DNA of 64,000 bases from an uncultured candidate division Zixibacteria bacterium (GTDB taxonomy: Bacteria > Zixibacteria > MSB-5A5 > GN15 > FEB-12). Under the pieces are notes generated by a model. It was not told the origin of the DNA and ran no database searches. It saw only the letters and a program-made list of their open reading frames with translations. The DNA is taken from positions 320,001 through 384,000 of the forward strand of contig CAVTJJ010000003.1 of NCBI GenBank assembly GCA_963735035.1. The letters are read 5' to 3'. Shown here one piece after another: positions 29,715 to 38,376 of this stretch (the first letter of the stretch is position 1; each line of letters opens with the position of its first letter). Position numbers and translations under genes: made by a program.

Positions 29715-30221
29715 TTACGATGCGGCAGCAAGCTTTCTCAGCCGGCCCTTCAGCAAGGTTCGGGACAGCGGTGACAGATGATCGATGAACAGCTTTCCCT
29801 GGGTATGGTCGTACTCATGCAGAATGGCGCGCGCCATGACCCCGTCGGCCGTCATTTCGAACCGATTTCCATTGAGGTCGGTCGCGCGGACTTTGACCCG
29901 CTCCGGGCGGGAAATTCTGAGGTACAGTTCCGGAAACGAGAGGCAACCCTCCTCCATTTCGATTTCCCCGTCGGTCTCGATAATTTCCGGATTGATAAAC
30001 ACCCTGAGGGACTCATCGATGTCGGTCGCTGAGAGATCAAGAATAAACAGCCGCAAGGGCGCGCCTACCTGGCTGGCAGCCAGGCCCAGGCCTTTGGCCC
30101 TTTTGAGTGTGTCTACCATTTGAGACACCAAGTCTTTTACTGCCTGGTTGATTTCCTCAACCGGGTGGGCTACTTCCCGCAATACCGGGTCGCCATATAT
30201 GACGATCGGCCGCTCAGCCAC
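29715..30221 (-). CDS. def: Peptide deformylase
   Basis: GLGLAASQVG, EGCLSFP, HEYDH. Confidence 0.97.
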   Translation of the reverse strand: MAERPIVIYGDPVLREVAHPVEEINQAVKDLVSQMVDTLKRAKGLGLAASQVGAPLRLFILDLSATDIDESLRVFINPEIIETDGEIEMEEGCLSFPELYLRISRPERVKVRATDLNGNRFEMTADGVMARAILHEYDHTQGKLFIDHLSPLSRTLLKGRLRKLAAAS

Positions 30222-30244
30222 GGTTACTCCCTAAAGCTTTTCAG

Positions 30245-30559
30245 CTACTTCTCCACTTTGCCGGCGATGGAGGTTTTCAAAAACTCCAGTTTGGTTTCCT
30301 CGCTTATGCGAAGGATAATCCGTCCCTTTTCGTCGTCGATGGCGAAAATGGTTCCGAACATGCCGCCGGTCGTTACAACTCTATCACCTTTTTTCAGCTC
30401 GCTCACGAGCTTCTCGTGCTCTTTCTGCCGTTTCCGCTGAGGGCGGATCAGCAGGAAATACATCATCACGAACAGCAGGCCAAGCCACACAACCATCGCG
30501 ACGGTACTGCCTTGTCCACCGCCGGGGCCGGCCATCAAGAGAATCCAATGGTTTTCCAA
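30245..30559 (-). CDS. yajC: Preprotein translocase subunit YajC
   Basis: MYFLLIRPQRKRQKEH...LKKGDRVVTTGGMFG; TTG start after AGGAG. Confidence 0.95.
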   Translation of the reverse strand: MENHWILLMAGPGGGQGSTVAMVVWLGLLFVMMYFLLIRPQRKRQKEHEKLVSELKKGDRVVTTGGMFGTIFAIDDEKGRIILRISEETKLEFLKTSIAGKVEK

Positions 30560-30757
30560 ACCAACTCCTGTTACTAAATCTTATCGGCTAACAGTTCAAT
30601 AAATGAACAGTTCTTCCTAAGTCAGCACCGTACAATACGATACCCTGATTGACGGGGCAAGTAAAACCTTTGCTATATAAACAAGGGAAAAACCGCCTGG
30701 TTCCGGGGTTGGAGCAGCCGTCATTCCCCCTCTCCGTTACCGTTATTACCACTCTAA

Positions 30758-30796
30758 TCGTGCCCGGTCCGCCGCGGCGGACCCACATCTGCCGGA
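30758..30796. repeat. REP with internal CCGCCGCGGCGG palindrome
   Basis: TCGTGCCCGGTCCGCCGCGGCGGACCCACATCTGCCGGA; direct homolog at 31655-31693. Confidence 0.8.
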
Positions 30797-30813
30797 TCGT
30801 GGCCTACCGGTTG

Positions 30814-31566
30814 TCAGGACCTGACAAAAGCACCGTCTCTGAGTACCGGCGCAACGTCGATTGTGTCCAATCCCGACGCGAACCTGACATCCTCCCCGAA
30901 CCCGGCTTCCCGCAACTCCCGTCCGCTGACACAATCCCACAAGAGCGCTGCAATATCTTGTGCTGAGCCAACAAAGGCTGCTTCTGCCAACCGGGCTTCC
31001 GGCGATTTGCTGACATTCAACCCGGCGATAATCGCCCCCGCACCCAGCCAGTCTTCGACCGCCGGTCTCAGATCGCCCACTGGTTCCGGTTGTTTCTCGC
31101 GCTCGCCGCACGCGATAACAGTCACCGATTCGCTCCCTTGGGAGAGAAGTCCGGCAACCGCCGACGCTACCGCCGTTGCGTTCACCAAGGCGCCAGCAAA
31201 CACGTGGTTGGTTGCCCTGCGGCTGCTGCATGTCGACCCGTTCAGAGATGGCAGGACTATCTTTTCACCCTCTACTACTTCAGCGAAAGTTGACGGCGAA
31301 AGCGAATACCGACCGAGAGCGGGCACATCGGGCCGCTTGACCGCCGCTTCTCCCCCAATCTTGCGTGCAAGTTCTCGAGCATCCTCGGAGGGTGAGCAGG
31401 GAATTATCAGAGCACCGCGCGAGACAGCGTATGCGGTCGTGGTCAAGAAGCTAAGGACGTCGACGATTACGATGATATCGCCCCGATGTATCGCGCGCTC
31501 GGTTCCGATGACACCCCAATCCAAGCGGCATCTGTATGGTGATTGGGAGAAGATGTCGTCTGACAT
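30814..31566 (-). CDS. Second ComB-family (2-phosphosulfolactate phosphatase-like) protein
   Basis: IVIVDVLSF, SLSP, LPSLNGS, ACGER, RPAVEDWLGAG, SGREL. Confidence 0.88.
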   Translation of the reverse strand: MSDDIFSQSPYRCRLDWGVIGTERAIHRGDIIVIVDVLSFLTTTAYAVSRGALIIPCSPSEDARELARKIGGEAAVKRPDVPALGRYSLSPSTFAEVVEGEKIVLPSLNGSTCSSRRATNHVFAGALVNATAVASAVAGLLSQGSESVTVIACGEREKQPEPVGDLRPAVEDWLGAGAIIAGLNVSKSPEARLAEAAFVGSAQDIAALLWDCVSGRELREAGFGEDVRFASGLDTIDVAPVLRDGAFVRS

Positions 31567-31654
31567 TTTACCTGCCTTTGGGTACGTTAGACGGACATTA
31601 TACCATAGCGTGAGTGTCTACGCTACATCGACGGTGTCGAAACCGCTATTATAC

Positions 31655-31862
31655 TCGTGCCCGGCCCGCCGCGGCGGGTCCTCGTCTGCCGGAAAGGGGC
31701 GCACGGGGACGTGTGCCGCCCACGTCATATAGGTAGAAGATCGTAGGTCAGGCGGACTTGACGCCTGACATAGTAAGGATGTCAGGCCCCGAGTAGGCCT
31801 GACCTACAAAGCTCGCCATCCCGATATATCCGTTGTCGGGACCACAAGGGTCCCGACCTACA
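31655..31862. repeat. Mosaic REP cluster with three GTAG-type units
   Basis: GTAGGTCAGGCGGACTTGACGCCTGAC, GTCAGGCC..GGCCTGACCTAC, GTCGGGACC..GGTCCCGACCTAC. Confidence 0.85.
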
Positions 31863-31923
31863 GGACTTGCGCGCACCTTTGTGTTTGCAGATATTGGTCA
31901 GAACTTAGCCATTTATCAGACCT

Positions 31924-33261
31924 ATGACATCCAATACCGCTTCGTCCACACCCACCCGCCGCAAACGACCGCTCCACGTCAAAATTCTCTATGGACTGGC
32001 AGTCGGAGTAGTCGCCGGATTGTCAGTCAATATAGGCGTCGGCGGCGACGACGCGTCCGTGTCGTGGATTGTGCGACAAATCACCGAACCGGTCGGGGCG
32101 CTTTTCCTAAGGCTACTGCTGATGCTGGTGGTTCCGCTCGTGTTCTCGTCCCTGGTAGTCGGGGTGGCCGGGATCGGCGACCTTCGCAAGCTCGGACGGG
32201 TAGGACTCAAGACTTTCTTATATACTGCTGTCATCTCCGCTATCTCGGTCGTGATCGGTCTGACCCTCGCCAACACGATCAAACCGGGCAAACATATCGA
32301 TCCCGACACGGCGCAACGTCTCGAACAACGCTACGGCACCGAAGCCACCAAGCGGATCGAATCCGCGGCCGCGTCCAACAACGAGTCGCCCATGATGCGA
32401 CTGGTCAAGACCGTCATGCCGTCGAACCCGATCGCCGCCGTATCGAGCGAAACGCCCAACATGCTCCATCTGATGTTCTTCGCTCTTGCCCTCGGGATCG
32501 CCTGTACGCTGGTGCCTGAGAAAGTGAGCGGACCATTCGTACGAGTAATGGATGCGCTGTTTGCTCTTTCGGCGAAATTGATCGATATCGTCATGTACAT
32601 CGCCCCGTATGCGGTCGCGTGTTTGTTGTTTACCAACATCGCCCAGTTCGGGATCGATCTTCTGCAGGCGCTCGGCTGGTTTATCGTGACCGTGCTGCTG
32701 GGACTGTCGCTGCACATGTTCGGTGTCTATTCGCTTTCGGTCTGGCTGTTGTCGCGAATCAACCCTCTCGATTTCTTCAGGCGGATCAAAACCGTCATGC
32801 TGACTGCGTTTTCGACCTCGTCATCGAATGCCACCCTCCCCACCGCGTTGGCGGAGACCGAACGCAACCTGGGTGTGCCGCGCGAGATCAATTCGTTCGT
32901 GCTGACTATCGGCGCGACCGCCAACCAGAATGGCACCGCGCTCTACGAAGGCGTAACCGTGCTCTTCCTCGCGCAACTATCGGGAGTCGATTTGAGCCTG
33001 GGTCAACAGATCGTGGTCGCCTACCTGGCGATCCTTGGCGGGATCGGGACAGCGGGGGTGCCGTCGGGATCGATCCCGTTCATCATCGTCGTCCTGACGA
33101 CTATCGGGGTCAACCCGGCGTTGATTGCGATTATTCTCGGCGTGGATCGGATTCTCGACATGTGCCGCACGACCTTGAACGTGACTGGCGACATCACGGC
33201 CGCGACTTATATCGCCCGCTCCGAAGGGCAGTTGGTGCTGCCCAAGCGGGGGACGTTCTAG
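31924..33261 (+). CDS. Dicarboxylate/amino acid:cation symporter (GltP/DAACS family)
   Basis: AFSTSSSNATLP, GATANQNGTALY, GTAGVP, DRILDMCRTTLNVTGD. Confidence 0.95.
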   Translation: MTSNTASSTPTRRKRPLHVKILYGLAVGVVAGLSVNIGVGGDDASVSWIVRQITEPVGALFLRLLLMLVVPLVFSSLVVGVAGIGDLRKLGRVGLKTFLYTAVISAISVVIGLTLANTIKPGKHIDPDTAQRLEQRYGTEATKRIESAAASNNESPMMRLVKTVMPSNPIAAVSSETPNMLHLMFFALALGIACTLVPEKVSGPFVRVMDALFALSAKLIDIVMYIAPYAVACLLFTNIAQFGIDLLQALGWFIVTVLLGLSLHMFGVYSLSVWLLSRINPLDFFRRIKTVMLTAFSTSSSNATLPTALAETERNLGVPREINSFVLTIGATANQNGTALYEGVTVLFLAQLSGVDLSLGQQIVVAYLAILGGIGTAGVPSGSIPFIIVVLTTIGVNPALIAIILGVDRILDMCRTTLNVTGDITAATYIARSEGQLVLPKRGTF

Positions 33262-33280
33262 ACATCATATCTATTCTTAT

Positions 33281-33353
33281 GTAGGGCGGGTCCGCTTCGA
33301 ACCCGCCAATTGTCTCAACTTCCAACGCACCCACAGCAGAGCTGTGGGCTACC
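33281..33353. repeat. REP palindromes
   Basis: GTAGGGCGGGT..ACCCGCC and CCCACAGCAGAGCTGTGGGCTACC. Confidence 0.7.
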
Positions 33354-34194
33354 GTGCAAGAATCTTCGAACATGGTGCGCTAGCGGAAAAGATCAATTCG
33401 CCCGTTGTAGCATCGATCACGTTGCTCCACGCACGATACGCTGCGCCTTCAGATCCGATTCCAACCGCCGGAAAGCCGCTTGTTTCTATCACCCAGGCCG
33501 GTCCCGCCGAATCGCCCCAGCATAAGTATGACTTGAGGTACAGGCCAATTACAACTGTAGCCTGATTTGGGCCGCCGAGGTCGAGGCCATCGAGTGCTTC
33601 CATGAACGGCACTCTTGGCCGTTCGATTGGCACCCGGTATTTTCCGGTTAGTGCTTGCTGCAGCCTGGCGAAGCTGAGCTGACTCCAATAGGCAACGCTG
33701 TCATTTTCGGAGCAGTCGCTGCATACACCGATTACGCAGAATGGAACGGACCCTGAAGAGTCACAAAAGATCGTGAACCGTTTTCGTCTTGCGTCCACAT
33801 CTTTCCAGTTGTTCAGATCCAGCATCACCGGGCCAGTTTCCACCTTCCACACATCAACACCGAAGAGGGCTTCAGGCAGTTCAGGGGTACTCGACGCTGA
33901 TGCTTTCAGAAGTACCGGCTCAGAAAGCAGCACTTTATCGGATCTATCCCGAAGTCCGATTACGCTTGAAATCAATTGCTGCATCCGAGACGATGTCACA
34001 CTGTTAGTGGAATCCATTGTGGCCGCAGGATGATCGTTATTCTCGGCCAAGGAACTACTCACTATCACCACAAATAGGGCGGCGACCACAAATACCCCGC
34101 CAGCCACACACTTGCCAGTGTGCTTGCAAACTTCACCGTAATGCCCCGCACCTTGAACTCGCATAACACTATGATAGTGTCGTTGTCTAACCAC
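33349..34194 (-). CDS. Hypothetical secreted protein (start uncertain)
   Basis: Signal-like segment VFVVAALFVVIVSSSLA; C-terminal PepSY-like VIDATTGELI. Confidence 0.6.
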   Translation of the reverse strand: MVRQRHYHSVMRVQGAGHYGEVCKHTGKCVAGGVFVVAALFVVIVSSSLAENNDHPAATMDSTNSVTSSRMQQLISSVIGLRDRSDKVLLSEPVLLKASASSTPELPEALFGVDVWKVETGPVMLDLNNWKDVDARRKRFTIFCDSSGSVPFCVIGVCSDCSENDSVAYWSQLSFARLQQALTGKYRVPIERPRVPFMEALDGLDLGGPNQATVVIGLYLKSYLCWGDSAGPAWVIETSGFPAVGIGSEGAAYRAWSNVIDATTGELIFSASAPCSKILAR

Positions 34195-34312
34195 GTCAAT
34201 TACAATTGTGTTGCCGGGCAGAGACGCCCGGTAGCACGAAAATGGCTGGTTCCCGCCCCGGCGGGCAGGCGAAGACGGACCCGCCTTACTATTGTTGCAG
34301 AGCTGCGGGCTA

Positions 34313-35017
34313 CTAGACCGTCTTCCTCTTCACTCCTACAATCACGAGCCAGAGCATTATCGAAAGTTCGCCTATCATCATCGGCGCCATTATGATTCTT
34401 TGGACAGCATCTACATGAGCCGGGAATAGCAAAGAAGCGCAGCTAAGAACGAGGTAACTGAATCCGTTTATTATCAGCAGAATACCAAGAATCCTGGGAA
34501 TGAATCTCGACTTGATCACGAGAAGGCCAAAGGGAAATAGCCATAGACCCCAGAATAACTCCCCGGTAAAGGTAAATTGCTGATCCAAATTGAGAAAGAA
34601 CATGGCCGCGGCGTGCAATTGAGACGGTGAGAAAACAGACAAATATTCGGCGCCGCTCAAGAGCACCAATGGGGCTACCGAATTAAGTATGGATAGAAAC
34701 GCGATTGGTACCGAAGCCAGCACTAGTGCCACCATAAGCCGCGCATATCTCAGGTTAACATCTTTGAACAGACGGTATAGATACAATGCCGTGACTACGA
34801 ATACGCTCTGACTTATCAGGTTAACCAGAATGCCGATACGATACAGCATCTCATTAGCCAAGATGTTACTGGCTGTCGCTTCGGCGTTGCCTGTTACCAT
34901 TATCTTCTTTGGGAGATACAGCAGGCAGAAGACACCGGTTATGGTCATGGCGAGATACCAGAACCCGGCAGTTCTGGCTGTCTTGCGCAATTGTGAATCT
35001 GCCAATTGGTTTGTCAT
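34313..35017 (-). CDS. DUF4386-like membrane protein
   Basis: ARTAGFWYL, TASNILANE, LYRLFKDVN, FWGLWLFPFG, SRFIPRILG, GEL..WLVI; AGGAGG RBS. Confidence 0.85.
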   Translation of the reverse strand: MTNQLADSQLRKTARTAGFWYLAMTITGVFCLLYLPKKIMVTGNAEATASNILANEMLYRIGILVNLISQSVFVVTALYLYRLFKDVNLRYARLMVALVLASVPIAFLSILNSVAPLVLLSGAEYLSVFSPSQLHAAAMFFLNLDQQFTFTGELFWGLWLFPFGLLVIKSRFIPRILGILLIINGFSYLVLSCASLLFPAHVDAVQRIIMAPMMIGELSIMLWLVIVGVKRKTV

Positions 35018-35018
35018 G

Positions 35019-35474
35019 TTAGTTCCTCCTGTCTCGGCTCCGTAGCGATAGCGCCAGGCCAACAATCGTCAAAGCGAAGAGTACAAGGTTCATGGCAGGT
35101 CCCGGTACTGTCCCCGTACGCACAATTGGAATGAAATAGAGAACCAGTTGCCTGGCCAGATAATCGAATCCGAGCAGTGCAAACATGAAGGGGATCGCGC
35201 TGCGATATCGTACCAGCGCCAATACGCCCAGCAAAGACAGGATCAGGCGGGCAAGACCTGAGATCGCGAAAAGAGCCAGGATTGTCTGCGCGGCTCCGGG
35301 CGAGTAGGTGTCAAGAGGGATGCCGTCGGCTGATACCGCGATAGACGGGCCGTTGAAGATGACCATCACACCCTGGAGGATCTTCACGGACGCGATCAGG
35401 GCGAAGAGCCAAAGCGCAAGCCGGTAACCGTGATATGTATTGTCCATGCGCTCCGGAAGAAGCCGATTGGTCAT
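35019..35474 (-). CDS. Hypothetical membrane protein
   Basis: Four hydrophobic segments, ADGIPLDTY and VRYRSAIP; co-oriented with the DUF4386-like gene. Confidence 0.75.
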   Translation of the reverse strand: MTNRLLPERMDNTYHGYRLALWLFALIASVKILQGVMVIFNGPSIAVSADGIPLDTYSPGAAQTILALFAISGLARLILSLLGVLALVRYRSAIPFMFALLGFDYLARQLVLYFIPIVRTGTVPGPAMNLVLFALTIVGLALSLRSRDRRN

Positions 35475-35630
35475 GAAAGTTTCCTTCTTGGTTAAGGGCG
35501 GTATCGAGGCGCCGATTACAGGCATGATAAGTTATCGGGGCCCACTATACGACAACAACGCGCATCCAGATGTTGCATGTAGAAGACATAAAATCGCCTC
35601 CATAGGATTGACCACCCAGCCTTTGAAAAT

Positions 35631-35940
35631 GATCGGCAGGGTTCTATCCCTGCCGTCGTGCTGACGGCAGGCACAGAGGCCTGCCGATCATATTTGCGGG
35701 TACCACGGTCAAGCCGGGGCAAAACGGACACGGGGTGGTAGTTGTACGAGCCGGCAGATGTGGACATCTGCCGGGCACGTGAAGTGCTTCCGGCAGGCTC
35801 GGAGGCCTGCCGATCATATTTGCGGGTGCCACGGTCAAGCCGGGGCAAGACAGACACGGGGTGGTAGTTGTACGAGCCGGCAGATGTGGATCCGCCGCAG
35901 CGGACCGGGCACGTGAATCTAACAACCCTTGGGTGCCCCC
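35631..35940. repeat. Tandem duplication of a ~126-bp composite REP unit
   Basis: Units 35665-35783 and 35791-35917 are near identical, each joining three palindrome families. Confidence 0.9.
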
Positions 35941-36972
35941 CTAAGTTCACAAACGAAGTGCAACACCTGTTAAAGGTGTTGTCATGGAACGAAGATATGC
36001 ACAGATCAATCTTGAAGAGCGGTGTGAGATTGCCCGCTTACACACCAACGGGCGGTCGCTCCGGCAAATCGCGGCAGCTCTGGATCGCGCGCCATCGACC
36101 ATTGCTCGGGAGATAAGGCGAAATCGCAGCCGACAAAGCGGTTACCTGCCCGCCTATGCCAACGACCAGAGCCGTGCCCGGCGTTGGACCGGCTCCAAAT
36201 TGGATCGCCGTCCAGAACTGCGCGACATGGTAGTGATGGGACTAGCTAATGGTTTGTCTCCGGAGTTGGTCGCGGGAAGGCTGGCCGTGGAGATGGGCCG
36301 GAAGGTGATTTCCTACGAAACGATCTACCGGTTTATCTACGCGCAGATCGCCCGTACTAAGGATTACACTTGGCGGTACTTACTGATCCGTGGCCGAGCC
36401 AGACGTAGCTGGCGAGGGTGCAAGAGAGGTCGGTCGACGTCGTCTATAGCCCTGCGGTGCCCTATCTCCGCGCGGCCGAAGAGCGCCAAGAGCCGGAAAA
36501 CACCAGGACACTGGGAAGGTGATCTCATGAACTTCCGAAAACCCGATCAGAGCGTCCTCGTCCTTCATGAGCGACACTCACGCCTGATGATGGGGGTTAA
36601 GCTACCCGCCAAAGATGCCGCCTCGGTTGCTAAGGCCATGTGCACTCTCCTGGCACCCTTGCCGCCCGCCTGGCGACAGACCATCACCTTCGATAACGGT
36701 CCCGAGTTCGGCCAGCACTACCGACTCCATGACCACGACATCGAGACCTACTTCTGTAACACCTACTCACCCTGGCAGAAAGGCGGCGTCGAAAATGGAA
36801 TCGGTCGCCTCCGACGCCGACTCCCTCGGTCAACCGACTTGACCAAACTCTCGCCGAGACGGTTCGCAGACTTCTTTCAAATCTACAATAACACGCCTCG
36901 AAAATGCCTGGACTTCCTCACTCCAGCAGAGTTCTTTTGGCTCGAACTGTTGCACTTCAAATGTGAATCCAG
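35941..36972 (+). mobile_element. IS30-family insertion sequence, copy 2
   Basis: Matches copy 1 at offset 9922 with the same IRs. Confidence 0.92.
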
Positions 36973-36982
36973 CCCCCCCTAA
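35984..36982 (+). CDS. IS30-family DDE transposase
   Basis: Same protein as 26062-27060 except the last residue. Confidence 0.96.
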   Translation: MERRYAQINLEERCEIARLHTNGRSLRQIAAALDRAPSTIAREIRRNRSRQSGYLPAYANDQSRARRWTGSKLDRRPELRDMVVMGLANGLSPELVAGRLAVEMGRKVISYETIYRFIYAQIARTKDYTWRYLLIRGRARRSWRGCKRGRSTSSIALRCPISARPKSAKSRKTPGHWEGDLMNFRKPDQSVLVLHERHSRLMMGVKLPAKDAASVAKAMCTLLAPLPPAWRQTITFDNGPEFGQHYRLHDHDIETYFCNTYSPWQKGGVENGIGRLRRRLPRSTDLTKLSPRRFADFFQIYNNTPRKCLDFLTPAEFFWLELLHFKCESSPP

Positions 36983-37063
36983 AGCGGGGCAAGACAGACA
37001 GGGGCGCGGGGCTAAACAGAATTGCGATAGCGATTGACCATGTCGGGTTTGCCGCCCGACAAA

Positions 37064-37579
37064 TCAACGCGGCGAACCCGACCTACTAGGATCGCTCTTG
37101 TACTGCGCAATGATCTTGTTGAGCTCGTCCGGGTCGGACGGTGGGTTCTTCACCCATTCGGGAGGATCCATCTTAGGTGGGAATATGCCGATGTAGCGCT
37201 GATACCATTTCCAGTTTCGTTTCTCGAGTTTGTACCACGCTTTGATTGCTTTCTCTTTCTGCTTTGCGATGGCATCATAGGCTTCAATCTTCTGCAGCAA
37301 TATCTCCACACTCTGGCGTTTCTCCAGCGCGCGATAGAATGTCGCATACTCCTGCGGATTGAACACCACCTGAGCCATCGGCTCGAAAAAGATCATTGCC
37401 TGCGAAATGAGAAAATTGGCCGGCTTCACCGACTCGCCGATCATGATCCCGGCAATCGTCCCCGCCGCGCCCCATTTGACAAACCACTTGGCAGCCTTCT
37501 CCAGCACCGCCATCTCTTCCTCGGGAAGCGGCTGAAACGACGGATCATCGATGGATGGTTCACCGCCAAACAAAGGCAT
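37064..37579 (-). CDS. Hypothetical protein
   Basis: 171-aa ORF translationally coupled to the upstream gene. Confidence 0.75.
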   Translation of the reverse strand: MPLFGGEPSIDDPSFQPLPEEEMAVLEKAAKWFVKWGAAGTIAGIMIGESVKPANFLISQAMIFFEPMAQVVFNPQEYATFYRALEKRQSVEILLQKIEAYDAIAKQKEKAIKAWYKLEKRNWKWYQRYIGIFPPKMDPPEWVKNPPSDPDELNKIIAQYKSDPSRSGSPR

Positions 37580-38070
37580 CAGGACTTATCCCCTTCGGTC
37601 ATAACAGCACCGTTTTGTAGAGCGTGGGCAATACGCTCGCGCACGAAAGCGGTCACGGCTTCGTTGTTATTCTCGAACATAATGTAGAGACCGCGAAAGT
37701 TTTCCAGCCGCGTCGGAGTCGCAAATGGCGAGAGCAGGATCCCTTTCTTGTCGGGATAACAACTGCGATAGAGTTTCCACTCTTTAACCAGAGTCTGCGT
37801 GGTCGTCTTGACCGTGACGCTCTGGCCGGTCATTCTGTAACGGGTCGGAAAATAGAACTTGGCCAGCGAGCCTAGCATGATCAGCAGAGCCAAAATTGTG
37901 AACAGGTGCGATTCCATCCAACTATAGACGCACACCGCCACCAGAATAACAAACAGACTTACCGCCACCGACACCCACGGTTTGCGTTTGACCGGGTGGA
38001 CAGTCCATTCAAGTACCGGGCCATGATCCGGCGCAGTCGTTTCTGTTTGGCTCTGTTGCTGGTCGGACAT
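37579..38070 (-). CDS. Hypothetical membrane protein (two TM helices plus a possible PH-like domain)
   Basis: LEWTVHP, two TM helices, FYFPTRY, GILLSPF..PTRLENFRG. Confidence 0.75.
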   Translation of the reverse strand: MSDQQQSQTETTAPDHGPVLEWTVHPVKRKPWVSVAVSLFVILVAVCVYSWMESHLFTILALLIMLGSLAKFYFPTRYRMTGQSVTVKTTTQTLVKEWKLYRSCYPDKKGILLSPFATPTRLENFRGLYIMFENNNEAVTAFVRERIAHALQNGAVMTEGDKS

Positions 38071-38077
38071 GGCGTGA

Positions 38078-38284
38078 CTACTTCTTCTCCGGCTGACGGT
38101 ATCGTTCCTTCTTGACCGTTTCCATCATCTCGATCAATTCTTTCGGCTCGAACAATTTCTTCGTTATCAGAAGTCGCACCAGCGCTTCCTGCGCGAGGTT
38201 GTTTGACAGGGCGAGCTCCTCAAAGGAGACATCGATCTCCTTGCCGTTCACGATCATCTTAAGGGCAACGTTTTTGTCAGCCAT
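38078..38284 (-). CDS. Small hypothetical protein (68 aa)
   Basis: GGAG RBS; ELALSNNLAQEALVRLLITKKLF helix. Confidence 0.75.
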   Translation of the reverse strand: MADKNVALKMIVNGKEIDVSFEELALSNNLAQEALVRLLITKKLFEPKELIEMMETVKKERYRQPEKK

Positions 38285-38376
38285 CGGTTACTCCGCTTCT
38301 ATCCGGGACAGAGGTTGTACGTTCGGGGATAATATAAGATATCAAGAGTTCAGAAGAAAGAGCAGTGCGCAGCCGG

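Noticed and set aside
30680..30732. SRP RNA-like segment (GGAGCAGCC)
   Set aside because: Lacks the CAGG-N3-GNRA-N2-AAGCAG helix and the long closing stem.
35631..35940. Tandem repeats as CRISPR, or ORFs 35516-35950 and 35644-35925 as genes
   Set aside because: The units are REP mosaics with duplicated spacers; the ORFs are translations of the repeats.
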